Positions 48,685 to 62,573 of a stretch of DNA of 64,000 nucleotides are shown here, one piece after another (the first letter of the stretch is position 1; each line of letters opens with the position of its first letter). Below the pieces are notes generated by a model. That model ran no database searches. It was not told where the DNA came from and saw nothing but the letters and a program-made list of their open reading frames with translations. Source of the stretch: Microthyrium microscopicum (lineage: Eukaryota); assembly GCA_010405405.1 (NCBI GenBank), contig MU004230.1, positions 2,514,627-2,578,626 of the forward strand. The letters are read 5' to 3'. The position numbers were made by a program, and so were the translations under genes.

Positions 48685-49713
48685 GTTGATGGTACGCACT
48701 TTCCAGTTGGCGATGGCAGAGCGTAATAGTGAATCAAGCACTCAGCCTAAGCTCATAGAATGCGAACACTGGCAGTGGTTTGTTACAATCACGCCGGAAA
48801 TGATAAGATGAAAAGGACTGGTAGGTTCAGCGGCACCGAAAGCGGAGATGTAGTTAGAATGGTCGCGCTTGGATGAGGAAGGCACGATATATAAAACGGA
48901 AGGAACGATGGACCCAAACTTGATCTTAACCACATCAAATTGTTGGCACCACCGCAAAAGGCAGATCTGATATCATGCATGACAAGCTCAACATCTTGAT
49001 CTGATTATATTAGTTTTGTTGTGACAAATACCATATGCGAGGATATCGAGTAGAACTGCGAGAACAATGTACATCTCCTTAATGGTAAAGCTGAAGGCGG
49101 CTTCCATCTTCCATCAACCATGATTGATTGAACTCATAGACTTTTCATGCTATAAATGTGTTTGATGGTGAACGAAGAATTTTACAGTAACCGGACGTCG
49201 AAATGTCTCGCTTTTTACCCGCTGTTGGTCGTGTACTCAAACCAGGTAGATTGAGTCAGAATGATGGCTTTCTACGAATCCTAGAAATCTTCTAACTTCT
49301 GATGAACACATCAAGGAGTTTGGAAAATCTGTCACCTTTGTGTGTCTCGTACTCGCAGGGTCTAGTGCTGCGAGCCGAAGTCCTATCACATTGAGTTGGA
49401 GCTCATGATGCAGTTGGGGCCGACAGGCCGGATGCTGTGATGGTAAACAGACAATCCTAGAAGAATCCATACCATTTGTCGAAGATGTGCTTCTGTTTAC
49501 TGTCTTTGATGCTGTGTTCGGTAAGGAGCAAAAACATGGCTTCTCTCCATTCACAACAGTCGGAGGTGCAAGTCATGGCCCCTCATACAATACCAGTCAG
49601 TACACAAACATGTATGACAGGGGATACCATCTTTGAGAACACAGGGGCTGTTGCGAACTTTCAAGACAAATAAAAGAGACCGGAGCATAGAAAATGGAAT
49701 AAAGAGGTATAAA

Positions 49714-49719
49714 ACGCGT
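49714..49719. promoter_or_regulatory. MCB-like element (ACGCGT) in the HOP1-CDC4 divergent intergenic region
   Basis: ACGCGT at 49714, with further ACGCG cores near 49776 and 49863. Confidence 0.3.
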
Positions 49720-50145
49720 CGTGCACACCGAAATAGGTACGTGATATACATAACTTGTATAAACGGTGATGAGCGACGCGAGTACTGGAGTGGAGAAGAT
49801 TCCGAGGGTATTATGGCAATTTGAATGGAGTTAATGTTGATTAAATGTTTCCGCCACCTAAAACGCGGGCAATGATGGCAGCTAAACTAAAGTGAGCAAG
49901 TCCTGCCCTTTTTCCAACCAGACGTTTAGACTGGAGGCGAGGGCGAGGCGGGCTCCGTTTTCTAGGCATGGGGGGACACTTAGTGTAAAGGGAAGGGTGC
50001 AAGGCGACTGGTCCATTTTGGCCGCCAATACAACCACTCCACACCTACACCTACCTCCTCCTCTCTCACCTCCAGCTTTCCTGCCACTTTCAGTATATCT
50101 GCTACCTTATTATATGAAGTCCACCTTCCGAAGGTAGCAGAAACT

Positions 50146-53100
50146 ATGACGCTTGAATCGTCGAGCGAGCTTTCTCCAGGCTCACCACCTTCACCCTCAA
50201 GTACCTGGCGGCCTGAGGATCAACTTTGTCGACCCTCCTCAAGTTATTTCCCACTGACCGACATCATGTCCACCTCCAAGGAGACTCCAGGCTCCTCTAC
50301 AGACCAGCAGCCCGAGAAGGTCTGCCAGATTTCATACACGCCTGCTACCAAGACAACCGTTGTCACCACTACTACCACCACGACCACCTCTTTTCCTCCT
50401 TTTACCTTAAAGGCACCACTAGATCTCCACCAACGCGACCCCAAGCAATATCCTTTAGCCTCGTATGCTACACCAACTAGCCTCAGGAGGTTCCAATTTT
50501 ATGCCGGTGACAAGATGGCTTGCTTCGAAGAAACCTCCCTCAAACCGGTTGCGGCACAGGTTAGTCTACAAATCTGAAACCTTTCTTCACGTTCCTCACG
50601 AATCTAAATATTTGGTTGATGACACTATACTAATTTGATCTAGGAAGGAGAAAATAAGTCAGAATCTAGCACCAAAGTGGAATATGCTGAACCCATAAGA
50701 ACCCCAAGAAAATATTCTGCAGTGTCCTCCCAATATGCCAATTTCGAGTACGAACCCTCGGTACCAACATCTCAGAAACGAGCTGCTCCCGGCTCAGATA
50801 CTATGGGGGAGTCTGATAATGAAGTGGAAATGGGTCGTCCCTTGAAAAAAGTCCGCAAACTCATGGCATCGGCACTTCACCATACACCAGTGACACCTCA
50901 TTCCCAGTCTACCAGACGGGATAGAATGTTTGGCAGCACAGGGGCAGGTGCCACCCAGAATTCACTGGTAATTCCCTCCAGTCAAATAAAACGCCCAACA
51001 TTACAGTTTCTAATTCCATTTGATCCACAGAACACCAACCACGATTCATTAGACACGCTTTCCCCCAATACCATCGCAGGTCCACCCTCACCACCATCAT
51101 TTGTTCAAGCGCCTGCCATGGTAGCTACACCTCCTGTTGCCGACCAAGACTTGGAACCAATCGATACATTTGGCCCTTCCCTGGATCTCGAATCATCGCA
51201 GAATACTTCTCCTCAGCCTCTTGAATTACCAAGCTTACCAAGCCCTGTTCTGTCTCCGATTACTGCAGCGGCATCACCTGAAATTCCTACACTACAAGTA
51301 GACGAAGAGGAAGAAAACACACTTGACGAACAAAGAGAGGCTTCACAAGCTCTCGTAAAGTTGTCTACGGAAGATATGGTCCGCTTATCTGAACCAGTAG
51401 GAGCGGAAGAAGGAGCTCCGCTTGGACCTATGCAAGACGTGTCCATCATGATGAACACTTTCGATACATTGCCGTTCGAGCTGCAGCGTTATTGCATGTT
51501 TCAGCTTCTACGTCGGTCGCCGAAACAGCTCCTTCAGTTCGTTGCAGACATCGTCAACCCTGCCTTGAAATGCGACTTTTTAACTAGACTTCCAACCGAG
51601 CTGGCACTCAACGTAACCCGCTATCTCGACGCCACGAGCTTGTCTCGTGCTACTCAAGTTTCAAGACGATGGAGAGAGCTAATAGATAGCGATGATCGCC
51701 TTTGGGCTGACCTGATCGAACAAGACGGATTCGTTCTTCCAAAGGGTGAGGTAGAGAGAGCCATTCGTGAAGGCTGGAAATGGCAAGGCCTCCTTCCTGC
51801 CGAAATCGATATTCGCCCCGTTCTCAAGCCACCCACTACTACCCTTCTTCCGCTTCCATCTCCTGCTTCCGAGGACGCACTGCGGATTATTACTCCTATG
51901 CACCGTGGCATCAAGCGCCGATCAATCGCTCAAGAGTCGAATAACAAGCGACGAAAGACGAATGTTTCGAAAGAAGATGCTGGTACTTTGATTCGAAGCA
52001 ATCTCCGTCATCAAGCTACGCTCTCTATGGATCAACTAGCAGAAATCTCGGACCTTCCAGAACTTGGAATGAAGGATCTACGAATACCACATCTGTACAA
52101 ATCCATCTATCGCCGACATGACGGATTCCGCAAAGGCTGGATGGATAAAAATACCAAACCACATCACCTTGCCTTTCGAGCTCACGGTCGGCATGTTGTT
52201 ACATGTTTACAGTTCGACGACGAAAAGATCTTGACAGGCAGTGACGACACCAAAATTCACGTCTGGGATACAAATACCGGCAAACTACTAAAAGTACTGG
52301 ATGGCCATGAGGGTGGCGTATGGGCATTACAGTATGAGAAAAACACTCTTGTATCAGGTTCAACTGACCGCACTGTTCGAGTGTGGGATATTGAAACCGG
52401 CAAGTGTCTCCACACCTTCCAAGGCCACACTTCGACTGTACGATGCCTCGTGATTCTTCAGCCTACTGTCATAGGAACTGCACCAGATGGTTCACCAATC
52501 ACCATGCCAAAGGAACCACTTATCATCACTGGCTCGCGCGATTCGAGCCTTCGAATTTGGTCCCTACCGAAACCCGGCGATCCGCCTTTCAATCCCACCG
52601 GACTCAATATCATGGGAGATGAGATGAACCCTTACTTCATCCGTGCTCTGAATGGTCATCTTCATAGTGTTCGTGCTATTGCTGCCCATGGCGATACCTT
52701 GGTTAGCGGTAGTTACGATAGTACTGTTCGAGTCTGGCGAATCTCGACTGGCGAAGTCATGCATCGATTGAGCGGCCATACACAGAAAGTCTACAGCGTC
52801 ATTCTTGATCATCAACGTAATCGATGCATCAGCGGCTCGATGGACAATCTTGTCAAAGTATGGTCTCTAGAGACTGGTCAATGCATATTCAATCTTGAAG
52901 GGCACAGCTCTCTGGTTGGCTTGCTGGATCTCAATAGTGGCCGATTAGTTTCTGCTGCTGCCGACTGGACATTACGAGTTTGGGATCCGGAAACTGGACA
53001 CTGCAAGAACATACTATCTGCTCACTCTGGTGCGATTACCTGCTTCCAACACGACGGGCAAAAGGTTGTCAGTGGAAGCGATAGGACGCTGAAGATGTGG

Positions 53101-53399
53101 AATATCCAGACTGGCGAGTGCGTTCGCGACTTGCTCACTGACTTGAGTGGTGGCTGGCAAGTTAAATTCAACGATCGGAAATGTGTTGCTGCAGTTCAGC
53201 GACGAAATAGGACGTACATTGAGGTAAGTTACTCTGACGTTATCCTGCACCGAAAACAAATCTAACAATATCTCAGGTCCTTGATTTTGGTGCTGCTCGA
53301 GATGGCCTCACATCCGAAAAGTTAGGCTCTCGAATCTTAGTCGATGAGAATGGGGATGAAGTCGAAGACTTGTCGGATGAGGAAGAACTTGACGATTAG
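50146..53399 (+). CDS. CDC4: F-box/WD40 SCF substrate receptor Cdc4
   Basis: Introns 50560-50643 and 53224-53276. F-box DFLTRLPTELALNV; WD40 repeats HVVTCLQFD, GHEGGVWAL, GHTSTVRCL, GHTQKVYSV. Confidence 0.93.
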
Positions 53400-55794
53400 A
53401 TGATATCCAACAACACCCCAGCACTATGCATTGTATGGCGTTTCAGCATTCTTTGAGCATTCTATCGGAGTGGACTTCTGTCCACAGGACTATACCATGA
53501 TAGCGTAAATACGGCCGATCAGGATGCATATGTTAATGTGGCATAGTAATGCCATGGTTGTTTAGCGAAGGAGTTAAGAGTACATATATACTCAGTACTG
53601 CTCAATGAAACTATCTGCTATCATTTTTGTAAATTCTTCCCCGAGAGTATTGGGACTTGAAGTTCCCTCGTTGATGCAAATCCGAGGAAAGTTGACTAGT
53701 GGATTGTAGAATACCCACTAGTCTCAATGGGGATATAATACACGGATATGTCAGCAGCTAACGATGACCAGTCTGTGTGCAAATGCCAGCCGTCTCTACT
53801 TTGACTGCACTACAATCAGCCATCCCGCTTCTCAACCTGCGCAGGGTGACATCAACTGCGAAACGTCCCTACGGATACAAATTATTTCTCGGCTCTCCAG
53901 CACTCCTCTCGATCTAGATATGATCGCGCTGACAAGCCTGGGCCCTCCTTGGACCCAGACATCCCCGCTGGACTCTTGATCGCCCCAACTACGCAAGCTA
54001 CGACAGATACTTACTCGGAATCCCATGCGCCTCGTTCTGGAGCTTTTATATCGGGACTATAACATGTTGCAATGAATATTTGGTTGCCAGTATGATGAAT
54101 GCAAGTTGCTTCATCAACACAGCCGTCATCCTGAGCCAAGGAACTCTGCTGCTGGACATATTGGGTGTGTAGGAGATATTTGGCGACTCGCAATACGGCG
54201 CCCGTCACTCATGCCTTTGTCTAAGGCTGCGCGCTCTGGATCGCCATCTTACAATGACCTGGAATGAACATCTCTCAGGTGTGCGAATCCACCGTGCTGA
54301 TTTTGTCTTCTCGATGGCCCCACCGGAGGAGTGACCAAACAGTGCTCCCGTCCTAGTGCAGCAAACTTAGGCTGCGTGGCTTTATCATGTACCCATAACG
54401 GGCGACTGGATCATCGGGTGGTGATGTTTGAAAAGGCTTCATGGATAGCCCGATGGCTCAGGAAACCGTCCGCAGTTATCATCGGCATACATTAGTTTGT
54501 ATTATGATAAGTGGTAGGATAGCTGCTGAATACTCATGCCGAAGCCATCACGTTTATGGCATTTTATGGAGAGGGAAGAAGCGAGATGTCAATTGTCCTA
54601 AATTATGCCTTGCTGAGCGACAGATTAAGGAAATTACATTTTGGTAGATTTCGTCGCGACGAGCTCGTTCTCGCCACGTTAGGAATTTGTTGAGCGAGGT
54701 CTTGTACTTAGGTTTAAAACTGCATTTACGGAATGAAAGGTTCAAGAGCTAGGATTAGGTTAGGGAGAGTGGATGGAATGATTTAAATATCCTGATTCTT
54801 GGACCTGGAAGAGCTGGGAATTCATGGTAAACCTTTCAACCAACAGGGTGATATGCGCGTGGTTGAAGGAACAACCATCGACTGACGGGCAAGCCGTTTG
54901 CCTGTTGCGTTCCCGACGCGATTGATCATCGCAGCGCATGAACGGAACTTCGCTCATCACAATCGCGTTCTTTTGGAGAATTGCAGTCACGCATTGGGAT
55001 TTCTCAAGCTCTTCAAAACTCGCTACTTTGGCATCACGCTGCATGCTCATGCCATACAATACACAAGAAGATACAGTGGAAGCGAAAGGAATCTGAAGCT
55101 ACAGCTGTACTTGGGAACGATCAATCTCTTGCCGACTTTTGCTACAATTTTCCAATCTGAGGCGATGCCATTTGCCGTCAGTTGAATGGATAGCCGACAC
55201 GCCAGTCTGCCAGTGTAAATCTGGGTGCTCAGAAATCGTCTGAGCAAGAGATTGGAAAGCGACGCAGCAGAAAAACGACCTGGATACGGGCCACGCAATG
55301 AGCGGAAGGATTGCATTGGCAGCAAGATATGGTGATGAGCATGACAGGTCTACAATTCGAGTACTACGGCAGTGCAACTGGTTTAGGCAATAACACTCGC
55401 TAGCAGACTAGGCGCGAGTTCAGCTGGGAAACGACAAAATTCAGACGGCAGCTTCCCCAATACAATCTGAGGCTTTGAGAAATCTTTGCGTACGCCCGAC
55501 GTCACGAGATTGCTTACTGGAGCAGTAATTGAGGGAGCGACCGGAGGGACCACCCAACAGGGACACCACTGCTGATTCGAGATAGCGAGGGGCGCAGGAG
55601 TCAACACGTGGCTGGATAAGCGCCCTCACAGAATCAGCTTGCTGAGAGATGTCTGAACAGACAAAGGTCTGTAGGAATTGTTCCCAGTCCGGATGCAACA
55701 AATTGGGCATGGAGGAGGCAAATGGCGGGCTTTGATGGAGGTTTGCCCAGAATCAGATCTCGAAAAACAGCAAGGATTTTCTGACGTCCGAGGT

Positions 55795-55803
55795 TCACGT
55801 GAC
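55795..55803. promoter_or_regulatory. E-box (TCACGTGAC) upstream of the PWWP gene
   Basis: CACGTG core here and again near 55605; bHLH binding inferred. Confidence 0.3.
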
Positions 55804-56041
55804 CGCTTCGCGATCAAGCCAAGCTGCTCTTTTACGCTCCAGTCCACCACCAACCTTCCACAACTTCTCATCCCCTCCCATCAATTCTCCATCCACCCTC
55901 ATCTGGCTTTGGCACTCCACCACTCGCATCCATCGACTGCCGTCACGAGCAGTACTCCCTATCACTCTTCTGTTGTTTGCATCATCAAGAGCTCTCCACG
56001 CGTCATCCAGATCTGCCTCAATTGCTTCTGTTGCTGTCATC

Positions 56042-57914
56042 ATGGCCGACGATGCTGCTTCTCCCGTCGCGCAGGCTGTAGCCGACAAGGCCGTAGAGTC
56101 GCCAAAGGACGTCTCACTCAATGACGCGCCCGAGGCTGATGAAGCTCCTGCCGCCCCACCATCTGCTGAAAATGGAAAATGTGTGTACCATCTGATAGCT
56201 TTACAATGCAAGCCAATTCTAATGAATCTTTGCTTAATAGTGACTGAAGACACCGCTGCCGCCACTGAGCAACCTACCTCCGCCGACGTTGACGAGACTG
56301 TTGCTGACGCGTCCGAAGCACCTGGTAACAACCCTTGCCCGTTATCGCGTGTCGATCCAATACTAACTTCTCGTTGCAGTTGCTGCAAATGGCGATGCCG
56401 CTCCTACTCCTGCTTCCAAGAAGAACTCGAAGCGGAAATCCGTCTCTACACCTGCCAAGAAGCTCAACAAGAAAAAGTCCATGCCAAATCTTCACCTCGA
56501 CGTAAAGCCCGGCGAATATTGGTATGTCCAGATGAAAGGTTATCCTGCTTGGCCTGCCATAGTCTGTGACGAGGAAATGCTTCCAGCAAGTCTATTGAAG
56601 TATAGACCTGTGAGCACCATGCGCCTTGATGGAACTTATCGTGAGGATTTTGAGGAAGGCGGCAAGAATGTGCGCGATCGACGCTACCCCGTCATGTTCC
56701 TTGGAACCAACGAGTTGTAAGTTACAGTGCTTTGGACTGAAAACTCGCGCTAACATCCGGTTTTAGCGCGTGGCAGGTCAATACTGATCTTGTACCTCTT
56801 GATATCGACGAGCTGAAGGCCATTGTCGAACGCAATGAAGTAGGCAAAAAGACCAAGGCGCTTTGGAGCGCGTACGAAGTCGCCGCTGAAGGTCATGATC
56901 TTGAGTACTTCAAAACTATGCTTAAGGAGCACGAGCTGCATCTCCAGCAAGAACAGGAACGAGCTATCGAGGAAGTCGAAGACAAGAAAGCTAAGAAGGA
57001 AAAGAAGGGCAAGAAAGATGACGATGGTGATATCGAAATGGATGACGCGGAGGAAGAAGTAACAGACAAGAAAAAGTCTGCTAAGAAGCGCAAGAAGTCT
57101 TTGGGTGATGGAGTGGAGGAGAGTGGCAAGGTAAGCTACAGTGTTAGTACTTAAGCGTGCATTGCTAACACCAAGTGACAGAAGACAAAGATAGTCCTCA
57201 AGGGCCTCAAATCCACTGGCGACGACGACCAGCCAAAGCCCAAGAAGGCTAAGAAGGCCAAGGTCACCGAGAGCGAGGAACCAGAAGCGAAGGCCACTCC
57301 TCAAGCTCCAATGACAAAGGAGGAGCGTCTACAGAAGCGAGAAAAGACAAGTAAGTGGCTTCAAAAGGCTCGAGTGCGCAATTCTAATTTTCGCAGTTTA
57401 CTATCTTCGCCATAGACTTCAAAAAGGCCTCGTCAACAAAGAGAAGAAGCCATCGGAAGATGACATGGACATAATGGCCGAGCATCTCCGAACATTAGAA
57501 TCTTTCCCTGATCTGGAGGCGTCGATTATTCGACAGACCAAGATCAACAAGCTTCTCAAGGCTGTGATCAAGGTTCCTGATCTTCCACGCGACGAAGAAT
57601 TCCAATTCAAGGATCGGTGCCACAAGTTGCTCGCCACCTGGACTGAATCACTTAATGCGGATGAGGACAAGACACCAGCTGTGGAGAACGGTGTGACCAA
57701 TGGGAAGTCTGAAGAACCAGCTGATGCGGAGGCGGCAGCCGAAAAACCAAAGGAGTCGGTTCCAAATGGCAAAGAAGCGAGCGCGGAGCCAAAGACAGAA
57801 GCCAAAATTGATAAGAAGGCGGAAGCTGCAAGTGAAGAGCCAGCTCCTGCCTCTGATGCTATGGACATTGACAAAGATGAACCAGCCAAGGCGGAAGTTA
57901 CCGCCGAGGATTGA
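56042..57914 (+). CDS. PWWP-domain chromatin protein (Pdp3-like) with C-terminal helical domain
   Basis: Five introns (56181-56240, 56325-56379, 56717-56766, 57131-57181, 57351-57396). MKGYPAWPAIVCDEEMLP, YPVMFLGTNEFAW, YLRHRLQKGL, IRQTKINKLLK. Confidence 0.88.
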
Positions 57915-58369
57915 TGCATTTGACCTTCTTTGCGATGCGGATGCTTTTGGCTGCGGGCGTGTTTTGTCGGGTTGAAGCAATTGTGCTTTAATGATGGATA
58001 GGAATTGCGATGTGATGCACTGTGTTGGGCTTTGGCGGCAAAATTTATCCAGGGCCACAACTTATTCAAAATTCACCGTGATCCAGGTCTGGCGTTTCGG
58101 GGTATGAGGCTTGCTATCATGGAACTGCGTCCTTGCTTTATGGGCACTATTAGCATTTTTATGCCGATTATTGGACGACCCTCCGGGTTTGTGTAGATAG
58201 TATGGTGGAGATCTTGATTGCAAAAAGACTTTGAAAGACTTCGAAAGATTGCAATGTACGGTTGATAGACAGGTAACCAACGGTCGGGTCATGGACATTC
58301 AAAAGAACCACTATCAATATAGTACTAGTCTTAGAAGCGTTGTCTGCAATAATCATTGATCTTTGTTCC

Positions 58370-59302
58370 TTAGCTCGCTGTCCATGGTAGTCCTAGCTTG
58401 TGCATTTCTACTGCCAGTTGGAAGATGTAATCCAGGCTATTTCGGTCAGTTCGACTCACTGAGTTCATACTAGAGTCTCACCTTTCGCACATCGTTTTGG
58501 CCTTGTGCCAGTTATCGCCCCAAACGTACCTATACTCATCAGCAAGACTTAAAACTCACGATACCCGCAAACTTACACCCCATGCCGTCGAACCAGCACC
58601 GCATATGTATCCGGATACTTCTCCATCGCCGCCTCCAAACTCTCCGTCAAATCCTCCTCACTACAGCCCCGTTAGCCAGATCCCCAACAATCACCCTCAC
58701 CTTGTAGTGTACTCACTGCGCCGTATTTTCAATGACCGGCACAACCAGCCTATCAAAATATCCCAAACTTCCCGTCTTCCCCCGTCCCCTCGCAATCCCT
58801 TTGATCTGCTCCAACATCTCAATCTCAAAACAACCTTCCTTTCCAGACGCTTTCTCCACCAACAACGTCACTAGCACCGCCCACTGCGAGTGCGTATGTA
58901 TACAGCACCCAGCACCTTTATCGAACGCTGCGAGGAATAGAGGAGTGCATTGGGAGGGTTTGAGGGCGGTGGGTGTGCGGATGTAGGAGCGTGTGGCGTA
59001 GTCCATTACGAACAGATCGGTTGGTTGGAGCCGTTCTTTTTGGACGCCAGAGGGCGCGAGGTAGATATGTTCGTGATGGCGAATGGATGTGCCGCCGCCT
59101 GTCCCTGTGACCTATGGAGTTGTTAGAGATGGTTGAGAGAAGGAGGAATGTATGTGAGGCAAGGTACCCAGCCTAAGTTGTAGAAGCCGCGACAGAGTTC
59201 GCATATTAGGTTTGCTGGGTGGAGGGGATTGGTGGATTGGACGAGGGCGTTGCTGTCTGAGGGGATGAGATTCTCGGCTGGTTTGGGAGGTTCGGAAGCC
59301 AT
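58370..59302 (-). CDS. MDE1: Methylthioribulose-1-phosphate dehydratase (methionine salvage)
   Basis: Spliced product has [59 protein letters not shown]. Confidence 0.95.
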
Positions 59303-59832
59303 GATGTCCAGAGAAGCAGATTGGAGGCTATTTGGATGTTGTGGTTTGGATGAGTTTGTTGATATAAAAACATTGGATGGAGATTTAGCTCCAGGTACCG
59401 ACACCGGAGGAGCATGGCATCATATGTGATCGATTATGCGACAGCCTCAGCATGGTTACTATGGAGATTATAATTGGTTACCTCAAAGTGGTTATCGCTT
59501 CATGATTGTTGGGTTTATCTGTTCATGCTTTATCAGTTACACTTTTACATTATAGTGAGCTTTCAAGCTTCGCATTTTGGAAACAACCTACTTTTTTCGT
59601 ACGAATGCAGATTGGACTTGAACAAGATTTGTTGACCATTGCTTTGATATATAATAGTGGTATAAAATAGCCATGAGATATCGTAGAATCTAGCTACATT
59701 GCTGTTGGTAGTGTCATGAATCATTAAAAATATCTATTACATCCGACCAATCGAAAGTCAGACTCAGCCGGATTCCTCAAGTACCTGATAAAGTAGTATG
59801 CAGAAGTTTCGGTATCACATTAAATATACCAA

Positions 59833-60455
59833 TCATTTCGTGGGAGCTGGAGATGCCTCCTTCTTATCATGATGTAGCAAATGCTTCGCTTTATCAATCA
59901 ACGACCCCCGGCGGCCGTCGTGATCGTGGTCATGGTGATGTTCTTGATGCTTGCCGGGAGTTTCTATTCCATCAGCATGGCCGACATTTCCGCCACCACC
60001 TCGCTAGCAATTTGTCAATATGGGTATGACTCGGCTCTATGACCGGCCAACTTACGCCTGTGTGGAAGACCGCCGGAGGTTTGCCAGTACCTCCCATCAG
60101 GGATGCCTCTGGGATCTTGTCATGAGACAGACGACGACCAGTTGGACCTATCCGTGGAGAGGGGACGATATTTCCAGCTCCTCCTCGCTGAAAATATAAG
60201 TCAGCTTGTTATCAAAAACTTGTGGTATCATGGATGCTTACACCACTCGAGTATTCGCCGTCTGCGGATTCACCGGCAATGCCTTCGCGAACCACGCCAG
60301 CATCGACGTATTTGGTATCATCGCGACCGATGTTTCCTTGTCCTGAAAAAGTGTTAAACTAAGCTAAGAGTAAAATTGGAATACGAAAGAAACTCACCTC
60401 CACGACCCGTAGAGACGAGGGGATTCTTGGGGCCCAGCTTGGGACTATCAACCAT
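59833..60455 (-). CDS. DUF3602/Par32-like GRGGxGN-repeat protein (missed by ORF track)
   Basis: Exons 60455-60398, 60342-60242, 60187-60056, 60003-59833 give STGRGGQGNI, SSGRGGAGNI, HTGRGGGGNV and a His-rich tail. Confidence 0.88.
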
Positions 60456-61109
60456 AGCGAATTTTGTGAGAAAGGAGTTATTTGAGTGGTACTGTGAGAA
60501 CGAGAAGAACCAGGACAATGATAAATAAATGATATGTATTCTCTAGTATCAACCTAGGTGATATCAGGCTTAAGTACAATTGCAAGTATGCCAAGAGCTA
60601 AGATTTTAGAAATGACGCAAACAAGGCTGTAGTTGGAGATACTCTCGTGCTCAGAAGGCGTGCAAGATGTTGACCAGGCCAATAAGCTGGAAATAACCTG
60701 GTGGTGGGGCAAGAGCCAAGAGTACCGAGGAATAGAATTAATGGGAATTTGCAAGGTCTGATGGACAATTACAGCGCGTGCAGCTCAAAAAGGGTGACGG
60801 AGTGATAGACCAAAGATTTTCTACAGTGAGTGAGCGACCTGACGTGGGGTCAGATATCAGCAGAGCTTGCAGGTTATTGTTGGGCATGCCCAAAAATGTT
60901 ATGTCTGTACGAGAAGAGATTTGTTAAAGAAATATATACTTAGGATCAGGAGCCAGTAAGAACAGGTTAAAGGCAATATCGGCCGCTCCTATGCGCCAAT
61001 AGTTTCCAAATCGAATTAGGTACATATTTCCCCGTTTGCTCTGAAGGAGATCCTTGCACGAGCTGCCCATGGTGCTATCAAAGTCAACAACCCAGTTTCG
61101 TAAACCCAT

Positions 61110-62573
61110 CTACTTGGGAGCTGGTGGAGGAGCTCCTCCAGTTGTTGGTAAGCCCACAAAAACTTTGAAAGAGTCGTAAATCATCCATTGGAGACCAGTC
61201 AGTGTTCCTTCGAGATTGTTAGATATTATCGTTCTAAGCGAGAGGTGTTTGACTTACCGATCATTACAATTCTTACAGGTAAACCATTCCATAGTCCTTT
61301 GAGTCCGATGTCTTTGTAGATACGTCCCATGGCAGCACCGAATGCCTCTCCAGGTTCACGAGAAGCGTTGAGCTTGGAGACCATGACATCGGCAGGATGA
61401 GAAACAATTGCACATAGAATACCGGCAAGGTATCCTGTATTTGTCAGTATCTCGTTGAACTAGACAATCATGTGCACTTCATACCTCCTGCGAACGACAC
61501 ACCGGTCTGTGCCGCTTTTCCATAGTCGGACTTCTGGCCTGGAAGGCGCTCATACATCATTTCGACTATAGTTTCAAAGGACGCAAATTTCCTAGTCAAA
61601 GGGTCAGCATATAGCTGTCAAGATGTCCTATGATATGTACATCATCGTGTATGGAATCTAATTGAGGATCATATTAGCAAGTCATTGTTACTCGACTGTT
61701 GAATCTTACCTGACGGCCCCAAAGTGGATATAAGCCTTTATACAATCCTGCAGTGCCCTCTTTAGCAGTAATGCTGGATATCCCATCGAATGTTCCCTTG
61801 AACGCAGGTGGCATCGTTGTCTGCATGCGCACCTTTACAGCTTCAAATGGGCAGAGGGCGATATCAGCGAAGAATTCGGCGGAGGCGCTAGCACCCAGAT
61901 ATAGCCACGTCTTGTACTTGTAGGCGTTTTGTTCGCCAACAAGATCGCTATAAGCCTTCTTGAAGAACTCATATCCACCATACTTGAATGCTCCTTGTGC
62001 CTAGTTGGAGATGAATCGTTCAGTGACAGTCAACAAGATGTCGAACTCTTGAACTCACGGAGTAGCCAAAGAATGTAGGAGACCATCCAGTGAAGATCCC
62101 ACGAAATCCTTCAGCGCGACCAATCTTTCCCCAAGCTTCAAAGTTGCCTTTGTACAACTTGCTGTCAACCTGTCGTCTACACTTGACGAGATCAAGCGGC
62201 GTAACAGCAGTATGCGTCAACCCCTGTAGACCTTTCAGTACAGCCATCACTGTGGTTTATAGACTGGTTCTCATACGCAAGCCACCAAACCACCGAATGT
62301 ACACGCAGCGTAGAACTTTGGAGAATACATTTCAATAGCCCCAGTCTTGTTCTGTGCAATTGCGCTGGCCTTGCTGTATTCTTTGGCCGCAGCATCGCCC
62401 ACCTGGGCTGCCTTTGCCTTGACATCATCTCCCACACTCCATGCCGAGTATACTTTCTCATTCGCGCGCCATTTCTTTTCAACGGGTGCTTCAGAGCTGG
62501 ACGAATTGATACGGAGATAGCGAGCGAAGGGACTGTGGTAGAGAAGCGCGTCGGTGGAAGGTAGTAGAGGCAT
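61110..62573 (-). CDS. PIC2: Mitochondrial phosphate carrier family protein (Pic2-type)
   Basis: [32 protein letters not shown] carrier signatures; multiple introns including a 17-nt exon 61641-61657. PIC2 versus MIR1 assignment is inferred from the long N-terminal extension. Confidence 0.88.

Noticed and set aside
53764..55400. Scattered short ORFs between CDC4 and the PWWP gene
   Set aside because: Could not build a coherent spliced gene; compositions look random.
59881..60042. Hydrophobic short plus-strand ORF (MLRFINQRPPAAVVIVVMVMFLML...)
   Set aside because: Antisense shadow of the His/Asp-rich tail of the DUF3602 gene.
3183..62573. Six mitochondrial-protein genes as a functional cluster
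   Set aside because: Dispersed among unrelated genes and pathways; compatible with chance.
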